From a bacterium (GTDB lineage: Bacteria > UBA8248): DNA of 64,000 bases. The notes beneath the pieces were generated by a model that was given only the letters and a program-made list of their open reading frames with translations, made no database searches and was not told where the DNA came from. The stretch is taken from positions 2,080,001-2,144,000 of the forward strand of contig OY843592.1 in the NCBI GenBank assembly GCA_963692865.2, in the 5' to 3' direction. Shown in pieces: positions 18,629 to 27,783 of this stretch (the first letter of the stretch is position 1; each line of letters starts with the position of its first letter). The position numbers and the translations under genes are program-made.

Positions 18629-19435
18629 ATGAGCCGTCTGACGATTACGGGACTCAGGAAAAATTTCGACGACGTTTGCGCAATCGACAATCTCTCCTTG
18701 GCGCTGGAGGACCGGGAGTTCATGGTGCTCGTGGGGCCGACGGGCTGCGGGAAATCGACGCTCTTGCGCCTCATCGCCGGCGTGGAGGATGAAGACGGCG
18801 GCCACATCTACTTGGACGGGGTTCGTCTGAACGGCATCCCGCCCGGGCGGCGCGGGGTGCAGCTCGTTTTCCAGAGCTACGCCCTCTGGCCGCACATGCG
18901 GGTTTTCGACGAGAAGAAATACTCGAACCTGGGCTTCGCGCTCAAAATCAGGCGCTGGCTGCCGGGGGTGCTGAACGAGCGCGCCCAGGACGTAATGCGG
19001 CGTCTGGGGATCAGCAAAAAATGGTCCCGCCGCCGCCCGGACAGCCTGAGCGCGGGCCAGCAGCAAAAAGTCGCCATCGGCCGCGCCATCGCCATACCGC
19101 CGCAGGTCTTTCTCCTCGATGAACCCCTGGCGAACATCGATCCGGTGGCGAGGCTCGAGGTCCGAAAAGAACTGCGAAGAGTGCACGACGAGATCGGAGC
19201 GATCAGCCTGCTCGTCACGCATGATTTGACGGATGCCTTCCAGATTGCCGACAGGATCGCCGTGATGCGCGACGGCGCAATCGTTCAGGTCGATACGCCG
19301 GAGAACCTCATCAACCATCCGGTGGATTCGTTCGTCGAGAGTTTCTTCACGAGCGTGCGCCATGAAAGGCTGCTGCAGGAGTTTCGCGCGAGGCGAAGGG
19401 CCGGGAAGGCGGAGCCGACCCCCGATTCACCCTGA
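18629..19435 (+). CDS. ABC transporter ATP-binding protein (MalK-like, no C-terminal regulatory domain)
   Basis: GPTGCGKST, VFQSYALWPHM, LSAGQQQ, LLDEP, VTHD. Confidence 0.9.
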   Translation: MSRLTITGLRKNFDDVCAIDNLSLALEDREFMVLVGPTGCGKSTLLRLIAGVEDEDGGHIYLDGVRLNGIPPGRRGVQLVFQSYALWPHMRVFDEKKYSNLGFALKIRRWLPGVLNERAQDVMRRLGISKKWSRRRPDSLSAGQQQKVAIGRAIAIPPQVFLLDEPLANIDPVARLEVRKELRRVHDEIGAISLLVTHDLTDAFQIADRIAVMRDGAIVQVDTPENLINHPVDSFVESFFTSVRHERLLQEFRARRRAGKAEPTPDSP

Positions 19436-20260
19436 TTCGGGGTTTTCCAGAAAATCCCGCCATGCCGCCCAGTAGGCGGCGCCCCCCGTGTAATACGTGT
19501 CGTTGTGGCCCGCTCCCTGGATGGTGAAAAATCGCTTATGCCTTGATCCCGCCAATTCGAAGAGCCGCCGCCCTTGCGCGAAAGGCACGATGCCGTCCCT
19601 ATCCCCGTGCAGGATGAGGAGGGGCAATTTCACTTTCGGGAGCATGGCGGCGCTGTCGAATTTGGAGGAGATGATCCAGCTAACCGGCAGGAAGGGGAAC
19701 ATCTTCTTCCCCATGGCGAGGGTGCTCTCGAAGGGGCTTTCGAGAATCAGGCCGCGCGCTTTCTTTCCTTCCACGGCGAGTTTCGCCGCCACCGCCGCGC
19801 CGAGGGAGCGGCCGAAGAGAAAGATGCGCTCGGGCGGCACGCGCTCGACGAGCCAGGCGTAGGCGGCCCTGCCGTCGGCGTATAAGCCCTCCTCGCCCGG
19901 TCTGCCCTCGCTTTTCCCGTATCCCCTGTAGTCGAAGATGAAGACGCCCGCTCCCAGTTCTTTTTGAATGAGCGCGATGTTCTCCGCGCGGTGGGAGAGG
20001 TTGCCCGCGTTGCCGTGCGCCCACAGGAGCACCGGGCCGTCCGGGTCTTTGGGGGCGACGTGCCAGCCGTGCAGGCGCACGCCGTCGGCGGCGCTGAAGG
20101 AGACGTTTTCAAACATGACGCCGTAGTTTCTGGGCGTCACCTCGATTTCCCGGTAGGGATGATAGAGCAGGAAATTTTCTAATAGACCGAACATCCCCAT
20201 GACCATCAGCGCGCCTGCGCCGAGGAGCAGATAGCGGTGGAATTTTTGCGAGATTCGCAG
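19427..20260 (-). CDS. Alpha/beta hydrolase (ABHD13/BEM46-like)
   Basis: HGNAGN, FDYRGYGKSEG, GRSLG, HGDRD, GAGHND; start uncertain. Confidence 0.88.
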   Translation of the reverse strand: MRISQKFHRYLLLGAGALMVMGMFGLLENFLLYHPYREIEVTPRNYGVMFENVSFSAADGVRLHGWHVAPKDPDGPVLLWAHGNAGNLSHRAENIALIQKELGAGVFIFDYRGYGKSEGRPGEEGLYADGRAAYAWLVERVPPERIFLFGRSLGAAVAAKLAVEGKKARGLILESPFESTLAMGKKMFPFLPVSWIISSKFDSAAMLPKVKLPLLILHGDRDGIVPFAQGRRLFELAGSRHKRFFTIQGAGHNDTYYTGGAAYWAAWRDFLENPESG

Positions 20261-20270
20261 CGGCCCGGTC

Positions 20271-20687
20271 TCATCGAGGGGGTTGGGCGAGTTCCCGGTG
20301 CGCGGTCTTGATGCAGAGGTTCTGGATCGTCGTGACGCCCGCATCCTCCAGGCGTCGCGCGGAGGTGGGATGCGCGATGCCCTTTTGCATCCAGAAGGCG
20401 CGCGGGCGTTTTTCGATGGTTTCATCGACAAGAGCGGGTATCTCTTCAGAACGCCTGAAGACGTTCACGATGTCGACGCGCTCGCTCACCTCGCCCAGGC
20501 TCGGAAATGCCTTCTCTCCGAGGGCGGACTCGATTCCGGGGTTTATCGGAATGACGCGGTAGCCCGCCTCCTGCATATACGCGGCGATGCGGTGGCTCGT
20601 GCGCGCGGGATCGTCCGAAAGGCCGACAACGGCGATGGTTTCCGCCTCGGCGAGTATGGATGCGAGCTTCTCGTTATCGGGGTTCAT
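20271..20687 (-). CDS. CoA-binding protein (YccU-like)
   Basis: IAVVGLSDDPAR, VIPINP, VDIVNVFRRSE, WMQKGI. Confidence 0.9.
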   Translation of the reverse strand: MNPDNEKLASILAEAETIAVVGLSDDPARTSHRIAAYMQEAGYRVIPINPGIESALGEKAFPSLGEVSERVDIVNVFRRSEEIPALVDETIEKRPRAFWMQKGIAHPTSARRLEDAGVTTIQNLCIKTAHRELAQPPR

Positions 20688-20864
20688 TCGGGTAGTCTCC
20701 TCGGTTTTCGGCATGATACCACAGCTTTTTCGGGCGCATCAGGCGCTCGCGGGAACAGCGACTTGCCCTCGATGGAGCCTGCGTGTAAATCATCGGGGAG
20801 GGGAGAGGACGCGCCTCTCCCTGATTTCATCTTGAGATATTTCTCTTATCTGTGAGGACATGAG

Positions 20865-21548
20865 ATGTCGGATACGGCGATTGTCGAGATTTTCCACGAA
20901 TACCACTGACCCTGGGCGTACATGGCCGCGGCGCGGCTGGACAAAGTGATGCCCGAGTTCCGGGAAAAACTGCATCTCAAATGGCGCGCGTTTCCGCTGG
21001 AGGTCATCAACGACCGCCCGGCGCCGCGCCACATCGTGGACCAGGAATGGCCCCTGATAGCGGTGCAGGAGCCGCTCTCGCCGTGCAGGAGCTGGCCGCA
21101 CGAGGAATATCTGCGGACCACCATTCTGGCCTTTCAGGCCTACGCGAGCGCCTACGCGCAGGACCCCGAAAAGGCGCGCGTCTACGACCTCAGGATCAGG
21201 CGGGGTTTTTTCTACGAGGGAAGGCGCGTGGATGAGGACGCCGTGCTTTGCGAGATGGCCGATGAGGCGGGCCTCGACGCCTCCAGGGTGCGCGCGGATT
21301 TGGAATCAAGCGCATACGCGAAGGGCGTGATGGATGATTACAGAGAGGCCATGCGCTTAAGAGACGAAGAAGGAATGCCCATGACGAGCCCCACCCTCAT
21401 CTTTCCGAGCGGAGAAGCGGTCTTCAACCCGTATGCTTCGGATAAGACCATAGAAGGCGGTAAGCTCACCGAAGTGCACGCCCCGCCCGCCTACGGGGAG
21501 GCGGTGTACGCCGGCTACCGCGAGATTCTGGCCAGAGCGGCGAGGTGA
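20865..21548 (+). CDS. DsbA/FrnE-like thiol-disulfide oxidoreductase, probable selenoprotein (UPWA), 227 aa
   Basis: ATG 20865 after a GAGGA SD reads MSDTAIVEIFHEYH-U(20907-20909)-PWAYMAAARL in frame with track ORF 20922; WRAFPL and TSPTLIF motifs; hairpin at 20914-20954. Confidence 0.82.
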
Positions 21549-21755
21549 TGGGGGAGCACGCCTTGTATTCTCGACCCCGGTAATTTCTAGCACTATCCTG
21601 ACAGGTTTGCTTTTAATGGATGAACCTGAAGGATCGGCAATCCGGTCGGTTCTGGGCCGGAGGTCTTGTTGTTCGGTTTTGCAGGCTGGACGTATGGAAG
21701 CATGTGCGTGGCATTTTCAGGACGATGAGCTGTAATACCACTTTGCCCGAGTTTC

Positions 21756-21818
21756 TATTGACACTTTCACCATTTTTGTAATATAAAATTCACCAGAATT
21801 ATATTGACACTTTCACCA
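21756..21818 (+). repeat. Phased direct repeats overlapping the promoter of the AAA+/DUF4143 gene
   Basis: TATTGACACTTTCACCA at 21756 and 21802; core TTCACCA at 21766, 21789 and 21812 (23-bp period). Confidence 0.75.
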
Positions 21819-21851
21819 GGAACATGGGCGCATGAAAAGCATGAGGACGCA

Positions 21852-23123
21852 ATGATCCTGCCACGCCACCTGAGCGCCGAATTGCTGGACGCGCTGAGCT
21901 ATTCACGTGTGATCAACATCGTGGGGGCTCGTCAGGTGGGCAAGACGACGCTCGTTCGGGACATTCTCCAGCATGGAAGGTTCATTTCGCTCGACGATGA
22001 TGCGTTGTTGGAAGCAATCGAAGACGACCCATGGGGACAGTTGCAGCGGCTCGTCGGCGAACTGAAAGACGGGCCGCTGGTGATCGACGAGGCGCAACGC
22101 TCCGGGAAGCTGTCCCTGGCGATCAAGAGGATTGTCGATCTCGGGGATCAAATGGGGCAGTTTGTCCTCACGGGTTCCTCCAACATTTTCACGACGCTGC
22201 ACGTGGCCGATTCGCTTGCCGGCCGCATTTTGACGTTGAAGTTGTGGCCGATGACCGTGGCCGAAACGATGTCGCGCGGCCCGTCGAAGATACTGGATTG
22301 GGCGATCTCCAAATCGCCGGACTTGAACGATCTGCCGGCGCCGGAAACTGCGACGAGGGCGGATTATGTCGATCTCGTCCTGAGCGGTGGGTTTCCCGGA
22401 ATCCGGGACCTCGATAACAGGAGGCGGCAGAAGGTTTATTTCGATTACGTTGATACGGTGGTGGACCGCGATGTTTCCGACATCGTCCGCATCCGAAAAA
22501 GCGACGCCCTGCGGCGCTTACTTGACCAATTGGCAATTCGTACGGGTTCCGAGCTCAACATCTCGCTGCTTTGCAAACTTATCGGCGTGCAACGCAATAC
22601 CGTCGAACAGTACCTTGATGTGCTGATACGGCTTTCGCTGGTCGTCAAACTGGGCGCCTGGACATCCGGAGAAGCCCGCCGCGAGATCAAGAACGCAAAG
22701 TATCATTTCGCCGATACGGGGATAGCGGCGGCGCTTCGAAACTTGACGCCTCGGTCATTCGATCCCGATGCCGACCCCAAAGCGCTTGGCGGATTGCTCG
22801 AGAGCTTTGTTTTTTCCGAACTCTTGCGCTCCGCGCCGTATCAGGATAACGGTTTTCGTTTCTATCACTGGCGCGACCAACGGGGGCGGGAGGTCGATAT
22901 TCTTGCGGAGAGCGCAAACGACATGGCGGCCATCGAGGTAAAAGCGTCCTCCTCGGTGAGCCGTCAGGATTTCAGGCATTTGGAATGGTTTGCCGGCGAA
23001 GGTCCGGGGAAAACCCGGGAAGTGACCTCGATAGTTTTCTATTTCGGCGAAGAGAAGCTGGGTTTCGGCGAACGTCGATATGCCTTGCCGGTGAGTTGCT
23101 TGTGGGGGGCAACGCGGAAATGA
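21852..23123 (+). CDS. AAA+ ATPase (AAA_14) with DUF4143 domain
   Basis: GARQVGKTT, VIDEAQ, LTGSS, DSLAGR, GGFP, KYHFADTG, HWRDQRGREVD...IEVK. Confidence 0.92.
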   Translation: MILPRHLSAELLDALSYSRVINIVGARQVGKTTLVRDILQHGRFISLDDDALLEAIEDDPWGQLQRLVGELKDGPLVIDEAQRSGKLSLAIKRIVDLGDQMGQFVLTGSSNIFTTLHVADSLAGRILTLKLWPMTVAETMSRGPSKILDWAISKSPDLNDLPAPETATRADYVDLVLSGGFPGIRDLDNRRRQKVYFDYVDTVVDRDVSDIVRIRKSDALRRLLDQLAIRTGSELNISLLCKLIGVQRNTVEQYLDVLIRLSLVVKLGAWTSGEARREIKNAKYHFADTGIAAALRNLTPRSFDPDADPKALGGLLESFVFSELLRSAPYQDNGFRFYHWRDQRGREVDILAESANDMAAIEVKASSSVSRQDFRHLEWFAGEGPGKTREVTSIVFYFGEEKLGFGERRYALPVSCLWGATRK

Positions 23124-23187
23124 AACATTCGTTTCGGGAGATTCGGCGCATGCGCCGCCGCAGGTTGATGGCCGAAAACTTCCTTCG

Positions 23188-24012
23188 ATGAGGAGCGACA
23201 TGAACTACCGCCGTCTTGGCAGGACAGGGCTGGAAGTAAGCGAGATAGGCCTCGGCACTTCGCACAATTTCATGCACATGGCGAGCGGCGACCCCGCCCG
23301 GTGCGTCGAGATCGTCCGGGAATGCCTGGATTGCGGGATCAATTTCTTCGACACCGCGCCGATATACGGGGAATCCGAGCGGGTGCTGGGAGAGGCGCTG
23401 GCGGGCAGCCGCGAGAGAATCGTCCTCGCGACCAAGGTGTGGGAGTCGAGCGCCTCGGCGGCCCGCGCGAGCATCGAGCGATCCTTCCGCCACCTCCGCA
23501 CGGACGTGATAGACCTCTTGCAGATTCACAACATGGCGGGCTGGCGCGAGGTGACGCCCGCCATGCAGGCGTATCAAGAAGAGGGCAGAATCCGCCATCT
23601 GGGGATCACGGACAGAAGGCCGGAGAATTTCCCCGAACTCATCGAAGCCATGAAGACGGATGCGTACGACGCTATCCAGATTCCCTACTATCTGGGCGAG
23701 GTTGAGTGCCGCGAGGAGGTGCTGCCTATGGCGCGGGAGATGGACCTGGGCGTGATCGTCATGCGGCCTTTCAGCCATCTGAGAAGAGGCCTGCTCGACC
23801 CGAATGGCCCCGTCGCGCGCATGGAAGAGTTGAAAGCCTGCAGCGCCGCCACTCCCGGTCAGGCGCTTTTGAGGTATCTACTGGCGGACGAGCGCGTCTC
23901 CAGCGTCATCCCCGCCACGGGAAGGGCGGGCCGCATGAGCGAGAATGCGGCGGCCTCAGGCGGCGCGCTTCCCCCCGAAATCCGCGCGCGCCTGGAGGCG
24001 CTCGTGGGCTAG
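23188..24012 (+). CDS. Aldo/keto reductase
   Basis: YRRLGRTGLEVSEIGLG, FFDTAPIYG, LATKV, DLLQIH. Confidence 0.92.
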   Translation: MRSDMNYRRLGRTGLEVSEIGLGTSHNFMHMASGDPARCVEIVRECLDCGINFFDTAPIYGESERVLGEALAGSRERIVLATKVWESSASAARASIERSFRHLRTDVIDLLQIHNMAGWREVTPAMQAYQEEGRIRHLGITDRRPENFPELIEAMKTDAYDAIQIPYYLGEVECREEVLPMAREMDLGVIVMRPFSHLRRGLLDPNGPVARMEELKACSAATPGQALLRYLLADERVSSVIPATGRAGRMSENAAASGGALPPEIRARLEALVG

Positions 24013-24326
24013 GACGCCGTGGAAATGGCCCCTACCTCGTTGTCCACGATGACGGGCGAGGTGAAGTACTCGACCGTGGGATCGACGCCCAGACGCTCGC
24101 GCAGCCCGGCGCGCCAGGCGTCGTCGTAGAGCCGCTCGGCGTCTTCGCGCGATTCGAAAAGATACACCCCGCCGCCCGTGCGCACGTCGTCCGACACCAG
24201 ATAGTATTTGCGCACAAGACCGGGGACGTCGCGGTAGAGAGGGGCCGAGCGCTCGAAGGCCGCGGCCATCTCCTCGTGGGTTTTTCCCTCGGGAAGCGTG
24301 AAGCGAACGATTGCGGTGACTGCCAT
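24009..24326 (-). CDS. YdhR-like putative monooxygenase
   Basis: VPGLVRKYYL...GGGVYLFES. Confidence 0.8.
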   Translation of the reverse strand: MAVTAIVRFTLPEGKTHEEMAAAFERSAPLYRDVPGLVRKYYLVSDDVRTGGGVYLFESREDAERLYDDAWRAGLRERLGVDPTVEYFTSPVIVDNEVGAISTAS

Positions 24327-24337
24327 GAAGGTCCTCC

Positions 24338-24652
24338 CTATGCGGTGGAAGCGGCCCTGGCTTCGTTGTCGACGATGACGGGCGAGTCGAAGTACTGGAC
24401 GTCGGGCTCGACTCCCATGCGTTCGCGCAGCCTGGCGCGCCACACCTCGTCATGGACGCGTTCGGCGTCGGCGCGCGTCTCGAAGATGTAGACCCCGCCG
24501 CCTGACCTCCGGTCTTCGGACAGCAGATAGTATTTGCGCAAGAGGCCGGGCACGTCGCGGTAGAGAGAAGTCGAACTCTCGAAACCCGCAACCAGCTCCT
24601 CCTCGGTTTTTCCTTCGGGAAACGGGAAACGGACAACTGCGGTAACGGCCAT
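24338..24652 (-). CDS. YdhR-like putative monooxygenase (tandem paralogue)
   Basis: VPGLLRKYYL...GGGVYIFET; closely similar to its neighbour. Confidence 0.8.
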   Translation of the reverse strand: MAVTAVVRFPFPEGKTEEELVAGFESSTSLYRDVPGLLRKYYLLSEDRRSGGGVYIFETRADAERVHDEVWRARLRERMGVEPDVQYFDSPVIVDNEARAASTA

Positions 24653-24710
24653 GGGGGATACTCCCTGTGTGATGGGTTTGGGTCGGATTATAGCACGAAC
24701 AAGGTTGATC

Positions 24711-25774
24711 TCACCCAACCGGATACATGCGCGTGACGTTTAAATGCTATTACTGGCCTGTTAATTTGGCGCACCTATATCCTTCAGGAAATTACTGATG
24801 CGTGGACTCCATAGATACTGCCCTTCGCCTCTGTATAGTCTGTGTCCGTCATCGGCGTACATGAGCGGCCCGAACCAATGGAGGCGTACCGGCGCACCGC
24901 CCTTGGAATATGCGTCAAATGCATCCTTGACCAGGTCGGGCCAAAAGAAATGGTCGGCTGTAGAGTAGAGCCAAAGCGACGGAACACGCGCCGTCTTGCC
25001 GAACTCGGCAAAGGCGCTGACGAACCCAAATTCGCTGCAATTATGACGTTCATCATGCCTGTTCCCGCCACGTCCACCGGCGAAATTGACGACTCCGACG
25101 AGTCCGGCGGGTGGTTGTGATGCCAGCGCCAATACCGCGAATCCTCCACCTGACTGTCCGGCGGCGATTATGGTCGAACCATCGATATCCTGTTGATTTC
25201 TTAGTACCTTGATGACGGCGGCGTAGTCCTCCGCCGACGTTCTCCCGGCATCTAAATGCCGGCAGCCCCACATATTATCCACGTAGTCTCCCGTGGAGGA
25301 TGCGGCGCCCCTCCGTGCAAAGACGACCGCTTTATAGCCGCGCTCCGCGAAATCCTCCGCGATTCGCTGGTATCTGGCAAGTTGGACTCGTCTCTGGTTT
25401 CTCGAGTTCCCGTGTGAGATTACGGCGAGCGGGAACGGTCCGGGACCGGAAGGCGTAACAGTTAGCGCTTCGAGTTCGTGCTTCTCTCCATCGATAGAAA
25501 CAGCCAATGTGCCCGAGTTCACTTCGAGGTTCGAATATGGGATAGCAGGACTCGTCTTGCCAGGAGTTTTATTCAGCACGAGATTCCGTTCTTCGCGAAG
25601 CTTTGTCGGGGCTTCACGGACCTGACAGCCTGACAACACCAGCATGGAAAAAGCGACGACAAACATCGCAAAGAGCACTGAAAAACGTGATGGAGTCGTC
25701 GAACATAGACGCGAATGTCTCATTCTTCTCCCTCCCTTTCGCTCGTTCACCCAACCGGATACATGCGCTTGACG
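24711..25774. repeat. 28-bp direct repeat (24711-24738 and 25747-25774) flanking a single-gene cassette
   Basis: TCACCCAACCGGATACATGCGC(G/T)TGACG, 27/28 identical; the right copy is the 3' end of the PPOX gene. Confidence 0.85.
24761..25723 (-). CDS. Dienelactone-hydrolase-like alpha/beta hydrolase lipoprotein
   Basis: LSGC lipobox, GPFPLAVISHG, GQSGGG, NFAGGRG, DGH. Confidence 0.8.
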   Translation of the reverse strand: MRHSRLCSTTPSRFSVLFAMFVVAFSMLVLSGCQVREAPTKLREERNLVLNKTPGKTSPAIPYSNLEVNSGTLAVSIDGEKHELEALTVTPSGPGPFPLAVISHGNSRNQRRVQLARYQRIAEDFAERGYKAVVFARRGAASSTGDYVDNMWGCRHLDAGRTSAEDYAAVIKVLRNQQDIDGSTIIAAGQSGGGFAVLALASQPPAGLVGVVNFAGGRGGNRHDERHNCSEFGFVSAFAEFGKTARVPSLWLYSTADHFFWPDLVKDAFDAYSKGGAPVRLHWFGPLMYADDGHRLYRGEGQYLWSPRISNFLKDIGAPN

Positions 25775-26148
25775 CGCAGCCTCGCCACGAGGCGCTTCTC
25801 GTTTTTCATCGCTTGGAGGTATTCGTCGAGGTCGTCGGGGTCCTTTCCGGTGATGCGGCGGTAGAGATCGAGGTTCTTCGTGCCGTCGGGGTCTTCGACG
25901 AGTTCGGCTTCGCCCTCGGCGCAGAGGTAGGGATAGAAGCTCTCCTGCGGCATCACGCAGAGCGTTGCCCTGGAGTCGCGCCCAAGATTCCTGGCCTTCA
26001 CGCGGTCCCACGTCATGGAAATCTCCGCGACGCCGTCTTTGTAGTCGAAAACGATGGGCGTGGGGTGCGATCTGCCGTCTGAGAGCAGGGTGCTCAGGAC
26101 GCCGTAGTGCTGCTCGTTCAGGAAGGCCAGCGCCTCGTCGTGCGTCAT
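25747..26148 (-). CDS. PPOX-class (possibly F420-dependent) oxidoreductase
   Basis: GVLSTLLSDGRSHPTPI, RVKARNLGRDSRATLCV. Confidence 0.85.
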   Translation of the reverse strand: MTHDEALAFLNEQHYGVLSTLLSDGRSHPTPIVFDYKDGVAEISMTWDRVKARNLGRDSRATLCVMPQESFYPYLCAEGEAELVEDPDGTKNLDLYRRITGKDPDDLDEYLQAMKNEKRLVARLRVKRMYPVG

Positions 26149-26159
26149 GAAGGTTCTCC

Positions 26160-26960
26160 TTATGAGTCCGAATCAATCGCCGCCTCGACGAAGTCATCGA
26201 ACGCGGCGCAAAAAGCCTCGGGCGCATCCTGCATTGGATAATGCCCGCAGGCGGGAATGACCGTTCTCACGCAATCCGGAATTCGCTCCTCGAACATCTC
26301 CCCAAATGCCATCGCCCCGGCGTCTCCCTCGCCCACGCAGACCCAGGCGGGGACGTGGATTTCGCTTAGCCGCTCCCGCATATCCGGCGTGCCCAGTATG
26401 GCGTCCACCGCGGCGGCGTAATCCTCAGGGGTGTTCTTGAGAAAGCGCTTTCTGAATTCTTCCGCGCTCGCGCCGTCGATGTAGTCCCGGGGAAGCGTCG
26501 CCTGCATTCCCTCGCTATCGAGGGCCGCCTCGACTCCCTCATCGAGCGCCAGCTTTCGCAAGAATTCGAACCGCCGCCTCATTTCTCCTTCGGGCGCTGC
26601 GGCGGATGCGCCGACGAGCATCAGGCCCTCGACCCTCTCGGGGTGTTCGAGTGCGCACCACAGGGCCACCCGCCCGCCCATGCTGTGTCCCATGAGGTGG
26701 ACCCTGTCGAGCCCCCAGAAATTGAGAAGAGCGAGCAGATCCCCGGTGAGGGTCTCGATCTGATAAGGCCCTTGGCGCTTGCTCGACCCCCCGTGGCCTC
26801 GATGGTCGTATGCAAAGGCCTGAAAGCGCCCGGAGAGCGCATCCATCACCGGGTCCCAGGTGTATATGGAGTTGGCGAACCCGTGCATCGCGACCAGGGG
26901 GGCGCCGCTCCCTTTCACGATGTATGTGAGGTTCACGCCGTTCACCGTCGCCACCGGCAT
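26160..26960 (-). CDS. Alpha/beta hydrolase (enol-lactonase-like)
   Basis: [24 protein letters not shown]. Confidence 0.88.
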   Translation of the reverse strand: MPVATVNGVNLTYIVKGSGAPLVAMHGFANSIYTWDPVMDALSGRFQAFAYDHRGHGGSSKRQGPYQIETLTGDLLALLNFWGLDRVHLMGHSMGGRVALWCALEHPERVEGLMLVGASAAAPEGEMRRRFEFLRKLALDEGVEAALDSEGMQATLPRDYIDGASAEEFRKRFLKNTPEDYAAAVDAILGTPDMRERLSEIHVPAWVCVGEGDAGAMAFGEMFEERIPDCVRTVIPACGHYPMQDAPEAFCAAFDDFVEAAIDSDS

Positions 26961-27079
26961 CGTCCGATCCTCCGGTCGAGAGAAATACGCCTTTCGCCTT
27001 TGCCGAGTTGCTAGAATACCCTATTATGGCTTTTTTCGCAGAACGGCTCATCCGCTCGGCCATGGACGGGAATTTGCGC

Positions 27080-27769
27080 ATGAACGGGAAAAGAGTGGCG
27101 GTCGTCCTCTTAAGCGGCGGCATGGATTCGGCCGTCGTTCTGGCCATCGCGAAGGGGGCGGGATTCGCCTGTGAGGCGCTCAGTTTCGACTATGGACAAA
27201 GGCACCGCTGTGAGCTGATAGCCGCAAAAAATGTGGCGAAGCAAATCGGCGCGTCCGGCCATACTGTATTGTCCATCGACATGCGCCCCATCGGCGGAAG
27301 CGCGCTCACCGACGACATCGAGGTGCCCAAGGAGCGCGACGACATCGGGGAGGGCATACCGGTAACGTATGTGCCCGCGCGGAACACGATTTTTCTGAGC
27401 TATGCGCTCGCCCTCGCCGAGGTGAAGGGGGCGAGCGACATCTTCATCGGGGTGAACGCGCTCGATTATTCGGGCTATCCCGACTGCCGCCCGGAATACA
27501 TAGACGCCTATGCGCAAATGGCGCGTCTGGCGACGAAATCGGGCGTGGGGGGCGCGCCGCTCGAAATCCATACGCCCTTGAGCGCGATGAGGAAGTCCGC
27601 CATTGCGCGCAAGGGCCTGGAACTGGGGGTGGATTTTTCTCTCACCCACACCTGCTACGATCCGCTGGATGAAAGGCGGCCCTGTGGTTCGTGCGACGCC
27701 TGTATCCTGAGGCGCAAGGGGTTCGAGGAGATCGGAGAGCGCGACCCGCTCCCTTATCCTGTTGCTTGA
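27080..27769 (+). CDS. queC: 7-cyano-7-deazaguanine synthase
   Basis: [32 protein letters not shown]...CGSCDAC. Confidence 0.96.
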   Translation: MNGKRVAVVLLSGGMDSAVVLAIAKGAGFACEALSFDYGQRHRCELIAAKNVAKQIGASGHTVLSIDMRPIGGSALTDDIEVPKERDDIGEGIPVTYVPARNTIFLSYALALAEVKGASDIFIGVNALDYSGYPDCRPEYIDAYAQMARLATKSGVGGAPLEIHTPLSAMRKSAIARKGLELGVDFSLTHTCYDPLDERRPCGSCDACILRRKGFEEIGERDPLPYPVA

Positions 27770-27783
27770 TGTTCGGAGGAGCC

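Noticed and set aside
21520-23172. Possible degenerate direct repeat flanking the DUF4143 gene (GAGATTC...AGGT(T)GATGG)
   Set aside because: Similarity too patchy to distinguish from chance.
24761-26227. 488-aa ORF as a single fused protein (similarly the extended starts of 14781..15977 and 19427..20431)
   Set aside because: The N-terminal extensions overlap real upstream genes in another frame; the true starts lie further downstream.
26961-27079. preQ1 riboswitch upstream of queC, or a 7-deazaguanine DNA-modification system
   Set aside because: No preQ1 consensus visible and no dpd or other defence genes adjacent; looks like housekeeping queC.
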